A program made the translations under genes and the position numbers. From contig CABRIF010000001.1 of assembly GCA_902470925.1 (NCBI GenBank), forward strand, positions 5,753 through 69,752: a stretch of 64,000 bases of DNA. Direction: 5' to 3'. Below, piece by piece: positions 28,981-37,817 of this stretch (positions within the stretch are counted from its first letter, which is position 1; the number at the start of each line of letters is the position of its first letter). The notes under the pieces were generated by a model that searched no databases, was not told the origin of the DNA, and saw only the letters and a list, made by a program, of their open reading frames with translations. The DNA is from an uncultured Collinsella sp. Lineage in GTDB: Bacteria > Actinomycetota > Coriobacteriia > Coriobacteriales > Coriobacteriaceae.

Positions 28981-29829
28981 ATGGCAGATATGGCAACCTC
29001 GACTCCGGACAAGCGGGCGAAGAAGCTGTCCCAGAAGACGCTCAACAAGTCGTTCCGCAACTGGTTCTACGGACACCTCACCTGCTTTTCGCAGGAGCAC
29101 ATGCAGACCTTCGGCTATCTGTGCGCCATGCTCCCCATCGTTGAGGAGCTCTACGATACGCCCGAGGAGCAGAAGGATGCGCTCATGACCTACAGCGCGT
29201 TCTTCAACACGGAGCCGCAGATCGGCACCATGGTGGTGGGCATCACGGCTTCGCTCGAAGAGGCCCGCGCGAACGGCGAAGCGGTAACCGACGAGACCAT
29301 CAACGGCATCCGCGCCGGCCTTATGGGCCCGCTGGCCGGCATCGGCGACTCCCTGATCGTGGGCACGCTCATCCCCATCCTGCTGGGCATCGCGCTCGGC
29401 CTGTCGAATGGCGGATCCCCGATCGGCGCGATCTTCTATATCGTCGTGTGGAACGTGCTGATGTTCCTGGGCATGAAGTTCGCTTACAAGCAGGGCTACA
29501 CGCTGGGCAGCAAGGCGGTTGAGACCCTGATCGGCCCCAAGGCCACGGCGATTCGCGACTCCATCGTGCTCATCGGTACGGTTGTGATCGGTGCGGTGGC
29601 TGCGACCTGGGTTTCCATCACCACCTCGGCGGTGCTTCCCGGAGGCATCGTCTTGCAGGACCAGCTCGACAGCGTGTTCCCCAAGCTGCTGCCCATGGGC
29701 TTCACGGTGCTGTGCTGGTGGCTGATGGCGAAGAAAAAGATCAGCCCCACGGTTGTCATGCTGATTCTCGTGGCCGTTGCGTTCGTGGGCGTTCTGATCG
29801 GGTTCTTCGATCCCGGCCTGACGTACTAG
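28981..29829 (+). CDS. PTS mannose-family EIID
   Basis: EHMQTFG, FFNTEP, LMGPLAGIGDS. Confidence 0.94.
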   Translation: MADMATSTPDKRAKKLSQKTLNKSFRNWFYGHLTCFSQEHMQTFGYLCAMLPIVEELYDTPEEQKDALMTYSAFFNTEPQIGTMVVGITASLEEARANGEAVTDETINGIRAGLMGPLAGIGDSLIVGTLIPILLGIALGLSNGGSPIGAIFYIVVWNVLMFLGMKFAYKQGYTLGSKAVETLIGPKATAIRDSIVLIGTVVIGAVAATWVSITTSAVLPGGIVLQDQLDSVFPKLLPMGFTVLCWWLMAKKKISPTVVMLILVAVAFVGVLIGFFDPGLTY

Positions 29830-29929
29830 GCCTGTAGAGGGAAGCGTCCTGCTTTCCGTATGTGCGTGGACCGGACGGTCGTCCTTGAGGGCGGCCTGCC
29901 GGTCCTTTCGGCCAGGGAGGTTGAGAGGG

Positions 29930-30268
29930 ATGGACAAGGGTTCGGGGACGCCGTCTCGTCGCTTGAGCCGAGACGAGCTGGTTGTCGAGGCGCAGATGCA
30001 GACGCGGGCGATCGGACGCTTGATGGTGTGGCAGCGCCTGGGCTATTCGGCAATCGCGCTTGGCGTCTTGCTGGGCTGGTGGGGCTTTTACGGCTCCTCT
30101 ACGGTCGCGCTCGGTGCGGTGGGCGTGGTGCTGCTGGCGATCGGGGTGGCTGCTTCGCTGGTGCTGCATCGGGGTATCAAGAATGCGAAGTTGAACGTGC
30201 GCGCGCTGATGCGCGCTGCAGGTGCCGACGTTGATCGGGCGGCGCCCGACGCCAGCGATCGCGCGTGA
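29930..30268 (+). CDS. Small two-TM membrane protein associated with the PTS operon
   Basis: Two hydrophobic helices, GIKNAK.NV C-terminus. Confidence 0.7.
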   Translation: MDKGSGTPSRRLSRDELVVEAQMQTRAIGRLMVWQRLGYSAIALGVLLGWWGFYGSSTVALGAVGVVLLAIGVAASLVLHRGIKNAKLNVRALMRAAGADVDRAAPDASDRA

Positions 30269-30440
30269 TGCGCGCTGCCGGATGGCGCTGAGCGACCGAA
30301 TCGCCCAGGCGAACGTCGTATCGCGCCGCTTTGGACGGGTGTGCGCCTGTTGGTGACGAGCAAGCCGCACGGCAAGAAGGCTGCTAGAATCGATGGGCAA
30401 CATGTCGTGTGGGTAATGATGCCGGAATGGGGAGAACGGG

Positions 30441-30890
30441 TTGGATTACGAGGACGCAGCGAGAAAACTGATTGTTTTTTCCAGATCCCTGGCAAAGGGT
30501 TCCCTGAGCAGCGCGCGGGGCCTTTCTGTGGGTGAAGCCCCCGTTCTCCAGTATCTGTCAGGCCATGTGGGGGAGGACAAGACGCCCTCTGGTTTGGCGG
30601 AGCGCCTGGGCTACTCGCGCCCGCGCATGACGCGCATCCTGGATGCGCTTGTTGCCAAGGGATTTGTCGAGCGCAGAAACGATCCGAGCGATCGCCGTCG
30701 CGTTCTGGTCCGCATAACCGATGCGGGCATAGCCCATGCGCGCCAGCAAAATGCGCAGGGTGTCGATGCAGTGGCTCGGGAGCTGCAGGCGCTGGGGGAC
30801 CGCAATGCGGCTGAGCTGCTGAGCGTGCTGGAAAAGGCCTACAGCATCACCTATGACAAGGATCACTACCTCAAGCAGGACCGCAAGTAG
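30441..30890 (+). CDS. MarR family regulator
   Basis: TPSGLA..SRPRMTRILDALVAKGFVER..DRRRVLVRITDAG; TTG start. Confidence 0.9.
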   Translation: MDYEDAARKLIVFSRSLAKGSLSSARGLSVGEAPVLQYLSGHVGEDKTPSGLAERLGYSRPRMTRILDALVAKGFVERRNDPSDRRRVLVRITDAGIAHARQQNAQGVDAVARELQALGDRNAAELLSVLEKAYSITYDKDHYLKQDRK

Positions 30891-31159
30891 CACTTCGGCA
30901 CGGGCGACGATCCGGCGCGAACGGGCGTGCTGCGGCACGGGCGACGGTCCGGCGCGAACGGGTCCGCCGCTGCCTTGCGCTCGGCGCATAGCTGCTGTAT
31001 GTCGCTGTTTCAAGTCGATTGAAGCTGCATCTGCTGAGCTTGGATTGCGGAAAGGATCAGGTATGAACAACATGCTGGCGCACGGCGCGGGGATTCAAGG
31101 TGACCATGTAAACGAGCGGTTGACTGCTCGCGAGGCCGATCTCGGAGAGGAGGCGGCCG

Positions 31160-31972
31160 ATGTCGAGTAGCCCCAGCTCCCCGGCGCCCGCCCGCGTGTT
31201 TGATCCCGGCTTCGACATCAGGCCGACCTACGAGCCTTTGGGGTTCGAGTACGGGGAGGGCGTGTTCGGCCCTAAGCCTGAGCTCCGTACGCTCGAGGCC
31301 ATCAGGCCCTCCCTCAAAGATCCCGCCTGCGACGGCCCCGAGGTGCTCTACGCGATCGCGATGGACACCGGGCGTGCGGCCGACCGCACAGCCATGGTCG
31401 ATCGCAATCTGCTTTTCGGCGCCGTGACGTACGCGAGGGGCCGCCTCGGCAGGGAGCCGGTGCGCTCCCAGGGCCACGTCCACGCGGTTTCGGCGTCGTG
31501 CGGGATGTCCACGTGCGAGCTGTACGAGATCTGGAGTGGCGCCGCCTACATCTACATGCAGGAGACCGACCACGATGATCCCGGCCGCTGCTACGCGATA
31601 TTCGCCGAGCCGGGCGACGTCGTCATCGTCCCGCCGGGCTGGGCGCACGCCACCATCGTCGGCGATGTGTCCCACAACCTCACCTTCGGGGCCTGGTGCG
31701 TGCGCGATTTCGGCTTTGACTACAGCGGCGTGCGCGCCCACGGCGGGATTGCCTGGTTCCCCGAGGTCGACGACCAGGGGGCGACGATGTTTGTAGCCAA
31801 CCCCACGTACCGCTCGAGCGATATCGAGGTGCGGCGCCCCGGCGACTACGCGCGGTTTGGCTTGGAGAGGGGCGTTCCCATCTACGAGCAGTTCACGAGG
31901 GACCCCGACCGCATGATCTTCGTGTCGAGGCCCCAGGATTTCCCGCAGCTCTGGCAGGATTTTCGCCCGTAG
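31160..31972 (+). CDS. Cupin-type glucose-6-phosphate isomerase family protein
   Basis: RSQGHVH..ELYEIWSG and GDVVIVPPGWAH cupin motifs. Confidence 0.82.
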   Translation: MSSSPSSPAPARVFDPGFDIRPTYEPLGFEYGEGVFGPKPELRTLEAIRPSLKDPACDGPEVLYAIAMDTGRAADRTAMVDRNLLFGAVTYARGRLGREPVRSQGHVHAVSASCGMSTCELYEIWSGAAYIYMQETDHDDPGRCYAIFAEPGDVVIVPPGWAHATIVGDVSHNLTFGAWCVRDFGFDYSGVRAHGGIAWFPEVDDQGATMFVANPTYRSSDIEVRRPGDYARFGLERGVPIYEQFTRDPDRMIFVSRPQDFPQLWQDFRP

Positions 31973-32106
31973 GGACATGGCGGTTGGCGCGGGAGCGACA
32001 TGTGCGACGTGTGCGACGGGCGCGACGGCGTGCGACGCGGGCAACGTGTGCGACGGGCGCGACGCGGCTGGCGTCCATGGTTGCTTGTGGGGCCGGCCCG
32101 GATTTC

Positions 32107-32773
32107 GGGTACGGCCCCTGGCCATCTTTTGCCTGATGGCTGGTTCCGGGTTCGGCCCCTTGCTATCTTTCGTCCGGCGGTGGATCCGGGTCCGGGCGCC
32201 GGTCATCTTTCGCCCGGTCGTGGATTCCGGGTGCTGGCTCTGGCCGCTTTTTGTCTGGCGGCGGGCTTTAGGCGCGTGCGTGCGCCGTCCGTCCGGGGGC
32301 GCCAATGGGGCTCCGGGCCCGGGCGCCGGCCGTCTCTCGCCTGGACGTGGATTCCGGGTTCGCCTGCGGCCCGTCTGGATATCCCGGGTTCGTCTGCGGT
32401 CCATCTAGGTATTTAGGGTTCGCCTTTTGGCCATCTGGAGCCGAAAAACGGCTCTGGATGGACAGGGGGCGAACCCTGCTTCTCCGGATGGACAGGAGAC
32501 GAACCCTATTGTCGGCGGCGGCCTCTGGATGGACGAAACCCGAACCCGGAATCCGGCGGCGGCTTCCAAACGTCCGAAACTCGAACCTGGAATCCCGCCG
32601 CAGTCTCCAAATGGACGAAACGCGAACCCGGAATCCCGCAGCAATCTCCAAACAAGGCCGCAGCGTGAGGTCAGGCCCTCTTGCAGTGCGAGCTCGGGGC
32701 CCTGCAGCTCCAAACGTCCAAAACCCGAACCCGGAATCCCGCCGCAGTCTTCAAATGGACGAAGCCGGAACCC
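32107..32773. repeat. Repeat family B: large mirror-symmetric array
   Basis: About 8 reverse units and 7 forward units of GATGGAC-N6-CGAACCC around a core at 32436-32456. Confidence 0.9.
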
Positions 32774-33164
32774 GTAATCCCGCTACCGGCAGCCTGTGGG
32801 ACGAACATGGGCCGACCGGACCGGCTTCGCGCTAGATCGCCTTGTTTCTTGAAGTTTTTTGACAGCGCGCAAGGCTGCGGGCGGTCAAACGCATAGTATA
32901 GGCATGGTCTATATAGGCACGGTTTAATGGATGCTGAAGACAGCTGATGCTGGAAGCGACCAGCGCTGGAGGCAACCGGCGCCGGCGACTGCCTCCGTCC
33001 GGTGGGTATGGCTGCGAGGGCGCGTGTGCATCGAGCTTCGAACATGTGAGCTGTTGTGGGCACACCGGGCGTGTAGCTTAAGACGGCATCCGGCGAACGC
33101 CGGAAGCGCGGGTGTGCCCGCTGTCGGGCGCGCACGGCGCCGAAGACAGAGAAAGGCGAGGTAT

Positions 33165-33758
33165 ATGGGGGAGCAGCGGGTATTGATTCGCATGGCTACG
33201 GAGGCGGACGCGCCGGCGCTGGCGGCCATCTACGAACCGTACGTGCGCACCACGGCGATCACCTTCGAATACGAGCCGCCCTCGGCTGAGGACTTCGCCG
33301 CCCGCATGCGTGCCACGCGGCAAAACTACCCCTACGTGGTGGCTGAGCTGGACGGCCGCCCGGTGGGCTATGCCTACGCCAGCACCTTCAAGGGTCGCCC
33401 CGCCTACGACTGGGCGGTGGAGACGTCGATCTACGTGGCGCGCGGCCAAAGCGGGCGCGGCATCGGCCGGGCGCTCCATGACGCGCTCGAGCGCTGCCTG
33501 CGCGCGCAGGGCATCTGCAACATGTACGCCTGCATCGCCGTTCCCGACGGCCCGGACGACGAGACCCTCACGCGCAACAGCGAGCGGTTCCACGCACATC
33601 TGGGATACCGGCTCGTGGGGGAGTTCTTCCGCTGCGGCTGCAAGGCGGGCCGCTGGTACAACATGGTGTGGATGGAGAAGATGATCGGCGAGCACCGTGC
33701 CGCGCAGCCCGCCGTGAAGCCGTTTCCGCACGTTTTGCGTGAGGGCTTCACGCTGTAG
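33165..33758 (+). CDS. GNAT acetyltransferase (phosphinothricin/methionine-sulfoximine type)
   Basis: TAITFEYEPP, RPAYDWAVETSIYV, GRGIGR, FH..LGY..VG, K.GRWY. Confidence 0.9.
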   Translation: MGEQRVLIRMATEADAPALAAIYEPYVRTTAITFEYEPPSAEDFAARMRATRQNYPYVVAELDGRPVGYAYASTFKGRPAYDWAVETSIYVARGQSGRGIGRALHDALERCLRAQGICNMYACIAVPDGPDDETLTRNSERFHAHLGYRLVGEFFRCGCKAGRWYNMVWMEKMIGEHRAAQPAVKPFPHVLREGFTL

Positions 33759-34053
33759 GACCGGCGCCGTACGCGCGCCGCGCCCGTCAACGCGCCGCGC
33801 CCGTCAACGCGCCGCAGCCCCTGTATCCAAAAACACTTTAGTTTGATGCATTGCCAGTGCGCACCGCCAAGGTGTGGATTCGCTCCACATCGCGGTCTCG
33901 CTTTAGCGTGATGGATTGAGAACCCGCTGGTCAGCGTGGTACATTGAATGCGATGCGTCGGGTTCCGACGCGTCTTTTCGAGCGTATCGGAAGGCGTGGC
34001 CCGGCGCATGGAGTATGCGGCCCCACGCCGAGCGAGTGAAGCGGGGGTGTGCC

Positions 34054-35289
34054 ATGAACAGCAGCAATGAATTGATTCTGACCGAAGAGGGCATCCCGCT
34101 TTCCTGCGCCGGTTCCTGCCGCGCGGGCCTGCGCGACCCGCGTGCGTCTGCGGCCATCCGCAATCTGCGCGAGCAGCTGGGGCAGATCCTGCGCTCCGTG
34201 CGTCTGGATGGCGGCCATGATGTCGATCCGGCGGAGGAGGAGGCTGCCGAGCACGAGCTCGATGAGCTGCTCGGCCCCGATTCCCCGGTTCCCAGCGAGG
34301 ACCGCCTGCCCGCGCGCGGCCGTCGCGGCGCCGGCGCGCGCTCCCCGCTGTTTTGGAAGGTGCTGCTGGTGGCAGCTGCCCTCATCTGGGGGTCCTCGAC
34401 CTTCATCATGAAGGACACCTTGAACGTGCTCCCCACGTTTTTGCTGCTCACCGCCCGCTTCCTGCCTGCGGCCCTCATCATGCTCATCCTGTTCCCCCAG
34501 CGAATCCGCCGACACTTCAACAAGCGTAACCTGGTGGTGGGCGCCGGCATGGGCGTGGTCATGTGGGCTGCCTACGGACTGCAGACGCTGGGTTTGAACG
34601 AGACGACCGCCGGCAAGAGCGCCTTTCTGACGGGTACCTACTGCATCCTGGTGCCCTTCTTCAGCTACCTCATCGCCCGTGAGCGCCTGACGCGCTTCAA
34701 CGTAGGCGCGGCGGTGCTGTGCCTGGGCGGCATCGCGCTGGTGGCGCTCGACAACTTCACCATGGGCATCGGCGACGCCCTCACGCTGGCGGCTGCGTGC
34801 TTCTACGCGCTGCAGATGTCGATCGTGTCCAAGTACGGCCGCAATCTCGACGTGAATGTCATCACGTTCTGGATGTTCCTGTCGATGGGCGTCCTCAGCG
34901 CGCTGACCTCCGCGCTCACCGAGGTGCAGCCGCCGCTGGCGGTGTGGAACACGCAGGTGCTGGGCGTGCTGGCGTTCTTGTCGGTGGTGTGCACCTGCGG
35001 ATGCCTGCTCGTGCAGAACCTGGCGCTCGCCCACGTTCCGCCGGCGACCGGCTCGCTGCTGCTGTCGCTTGAGTCCCCGTCGGGCGTGATGTTCTCGGTG
35101 GCATTTGCCGGCGAGGTCGTCACCGGCCGCCTGCTTGCCGGCTTTGCCCTGATCTTCGTCTCCATCGTGCTGTCCGAGACGCATTTCAGCTTCCTGCGCT
35201 CCTGGCTGCCGAAGCGCTCCGAGCGCCCCGTCTGCCGCACGGAAGGCCTCGACGTAGATATCGAGGGAATCGAGGCCGACCTGGCATAG
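34054..35289 (+). CDS. DMT/EamA family transporter with soluble N-terminal extension
   Basis: LIWG, RF, QTLGL..TTAGKSAFLT, GDALTL, LES motifs; about 10 TMs. Confidence 0.88.
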   Translation: MNSSNELILTEEGIPLSCAGSCRAGLRDPRASAAIRNLREQLGQILRSVRLDGGHDVDPAEEEAAEHELDELLGPDSPVPSEDRLPARGRRGAGARSPLFWKVLLVAAALIWGSSTFIMKDTLNVLPTFLLLTARFLPAALIMLILFPQRIRRHFNKRNLVVGAGMGVVMWAAYGLQTLGLNETTAGKSAFLTGTYCILVPFFSYLIARERLTRFNVGAAVLCLGGIALVALDNFTMGIGDALTLAAACFYALQMSIVSKYGRNLDVNVITFWMFLSMGVLSALTSALTEVQPPLAVWNTQVLGVLAFLSVVCTCGCLLVQNLALAHVPPATGSLLLSLESPSGVMFSVAFAGEVVTGRLLAGFALIFVSIVLSETHFSFLRSWLPKRSERPVCRTEGLDVDIEGIEADLA

Positions 35290-35495
35290 GCGCAGGTGCG
35301 CGGTGGCGCTGTCTGCGGTGTCCGCGCCTGCCCCCCAAGCGCAGGGCGGCATCGGTGCAGATGCCAGCGCAATCGGGGCAGGCGCGGCCCGGAAGGGTTC
35401 GCCCCGCGTCGCCCGCGTCCCGCATCCCCCTGCCGCCGGGTTCCGGAGTATGATGGACAGCGCTCGGTTGGCGGCGCGGGAAGGGGCGCAACACG

Positions 35496-37475
35496 ATGGA
35501 TGAACACGGTGCGCTCGAAACGCTGCGTCGCTACTTCGGGTACAGCTCATTCCGGCCCGGTCAGGATCGCATGGTCGAGGCGATTCTGGCCGGGCGCGAT
35601 GCCCTGGGCGTCATGCCCACCGGCGCCGGCAAATCCATCTGCTATCAGGTGCCCGCGCTCATGCTGCCGGGCATCACGTTCGTGGTCTCCCCGTTGGTTT
35701 CGCTGATGGGAGACCAGGTGCGCGCCTTGAAGGAGGCGGGTGCCCGCCCGAGCTACCTCAACTCGTCGCTCACGCCCGGCCAGCAGAACACGGTGCTGCG
35801 CCGGGCGGCCGATGGCTGGTACCAGATCATGTACGTGGCGCCGGAGCGCCTGGCCGACCCGCGCTTCTTGGCGTTCGCACAGCAGGCGGCGGGGCCGGAC
35901 GGCATCGGCGTGCCGCTCGTGGCGGTGGACGAGGCGCACTGCGTATCCCAATGGGGCCAGGATTTCCGCCCCTCATACCTGCAGATCGCCGATTTCATCG
36001 AGGCGCTTCCCGCGCGCCCGGTGGTGGCGGCCTTTACGGCCACGGCAACCGATCGCGTGCGGACCGATATCGCCGAGACGCTCAAGCTCGATGATCCGCA
36101 GACCGTGGTGACGGGGTTCGATCGCACGAACCTGTCGTTCGGCGTCGAGGAACTGGGCGATAAGGCCAAGGCTCGCTGGATCGTGGAGTATGCCGCCGCG
36201 CATCCGGATGAGAGCGGCATCGTGTACGCCGCCACGCGCAAGGCCGTGGATGCGCTCGCCTACGACCTGGGCCGTGCGCTCGAGCCGCAGGGGATTCGCG
36301 TGGCGCGCTATCACGCGGGCATGAGCTCGGATGACCGCGCGGCGAACCAGGCGGCATTCATCGACGACACCGCGCCGCTCATGGTGGCCACCAACGCGTT
36401 CGGCATGGGTATCGACAAGCCGAACGTTCGCTACGTGATCCACCATAACGTGCCGGAGAGCATCGAGGCCTACTATCAGGAGGCGGGGCGCGCCGGCCGC
36501 GACGGGGACCCGGCGAGCTGTTTTCTGCTGTGGAACGGCAACGATTTCCGTCTGCGACGCTTCTTCATCGAGCAGGACCCGGATGATGACGCGCTTGCCC
36601 CCGAGGAGCGGGACCGCGCGCGGCAGAACCGGTACCGCTTGCTTGCCCAGATGGAGGGCTACTGTCAGACCACGGGCTGTCTGCGCGAGTATATCCTGCG
36701 CTACTTTGGCGATGAGACCGCGTTGGGTGCGGCCGGTGCCGCCGGGGCGGCATGCGGTCAGAGCGGGGCTGCGGGCGCGCCTGCGGCAGGATGCGGCAAC
36801 TGCTCAAACTGCTTGACGTCGTTCGAGGTGGAGGACGTGACGCGCATCGCCCGCGAGGCGCTGCAGCTGGTGCGCCTGGTTGACGGGCGCTTTGGCAAGG
36901 CGCTCGTGGCCGATGCGCTGCATGGGGCGCACACCGAGCGCATCCGGCAATGCCGCCTGGATGCCATCGCAGGGTATGCCGCGCTTGCCGATGAGCCCAC
37001 GGTGCGCATCAAAGAGGTTATCGACCAGCTTATCGGGCGCGGGTATCTGGTGCAGAGCCAGGGGCAGTACCCGTGCGTGGGCCTGGGCCCGCGCGCACAG
37101 GAGGGCTTGGGGGACGCGGCGGACGCCTTCGCGTTCACGATCAAGCGCCGTGCGTCGAAGCGCGCCGGCGGTACGCGCGCCCGCCGTGCCGTCGATTTGG
37201 TGCGGCAGGAGGCGGCCCTCGATGCACGCCCGCGCGTGGGCGACGACGTGGAGCTGTTCGAGCGCCTGCGCGAGCTGCGACGTGAGCTGGCAGCCGAGCG
37301 CGAGGTGCCGCCCTATATCGTGGCGAGCGATGCGACCCTGCGCGGCGTGTGCCGTCGCAGGCCGACGAGCCGCTCGGAGCTGCTGGAGGTCTCGGGCATC
37401 GGCGAGAAGAAGGCCGACGAATTCGGAGAGGCTTTTCTCGGTGCCGTGGCGGCGTTCGAGGACGAGCAGCGCTAG
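35496..37475 (+). CDS. recQ: ATP-dependent DNA helicase RecQ
   Basis: PTGAGKS, VDEAHC, QWGQDFRP, QEAGRAGRDG, Zn-binding CGNC, RQC and HRDC domains. Confidence 0.95.
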   Translation: MDEHGALETLRRYFGYSSFRPGQDRMVEAILAGRDALGVMPTGAGKSICYQVPALMLPGITFVVSPLVSLMGDQVRALKEAGARPSYLNSSLTPGQQNTVLRRAADGWYQIMYVAPERLADPRFLAFAQQAAGPDGIGVPLVAVDEAHCVSQWGQDFRPSYLQIADFIEALPARPVVAAFTATATDRVRTDIAETLKLDDPQTVVTGFDRTNLSFGVEELGDKAKARWIVEYAAAHPDESGIVYAATRKAVDALAYDLGRALEPQGIRVARYHAGMSSDDRAANQAAFIDDTAPLMVATNAFGMGIDKPNVRYVIHHNVPESIEAYYQEAGRAGRDGDPASCFLLWNGNDFRLRRFFIEQDPDDDALAPEERDRARQNRYRLLAQMEGYCQTTGCLREYILRYFGDETALGAAGAAGAACGQSGAAGAPAAGCGNCSNCLTSFEVEDVTRIAREALQLVRLVDGRFGKALVADALHGAHTERIRQCRLDAIAGYAALADEPTVRIKEVIDQLIGRGYLVQSQGQYPCVGLGPRAQEGLGDAADAFAFTIKRRASKRAGGTRARRAVDLVRQEAALDARPRVGDDVELFERLRELRRELAAEREVPPYIVASDATLRGVCRRRPTSRSELLEVSGIGEKKADEFGEAFLGAVAAFEDEQR

Positions 37476-37817
37476 CTGCGCCGGTTGGGTGTTTCTGGCG
37501 CCCCTGCAGGGTGGGCGCCCGCCCGGCAGCTGACGGCGCGCCTGCCGGTGCCGGCGGCGATAGCGCCGGCGGGCGCCGAAGCATCTACCGGCATCCGCCG
37601 GCATCGCGGGCTGCAGGGCGGCGGTGTAAAGACGGTTTATGCACGCAAGCTGCGTGATTCAGGCAGTTTGACCGCGTGCAACGCATGTTGATCGGCGGTT
37701 ACCCGCGACCGCTCACCGGCTGTTTTACTACCGTTCGCCTATTGGATAAAACGAAGTATCGGCGACGCCTTATACACTATTGAATTTAGTCTTGCATGCA
37801 CGATGGAAGGAGAATGC

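Noticed and set aside
32107..32773. CRISPR array
   Set aside because: Units are degenerate, switch orientation midway, have only ~10-21 bp between motifs, and no cas genes are nearby.
31010..32835. Arg/Pro-rich ORFs across the repeat array
   Set aside because: Unit periods of 40-41 bp are not multiples of 3, and there is no RBS or consistent frame.
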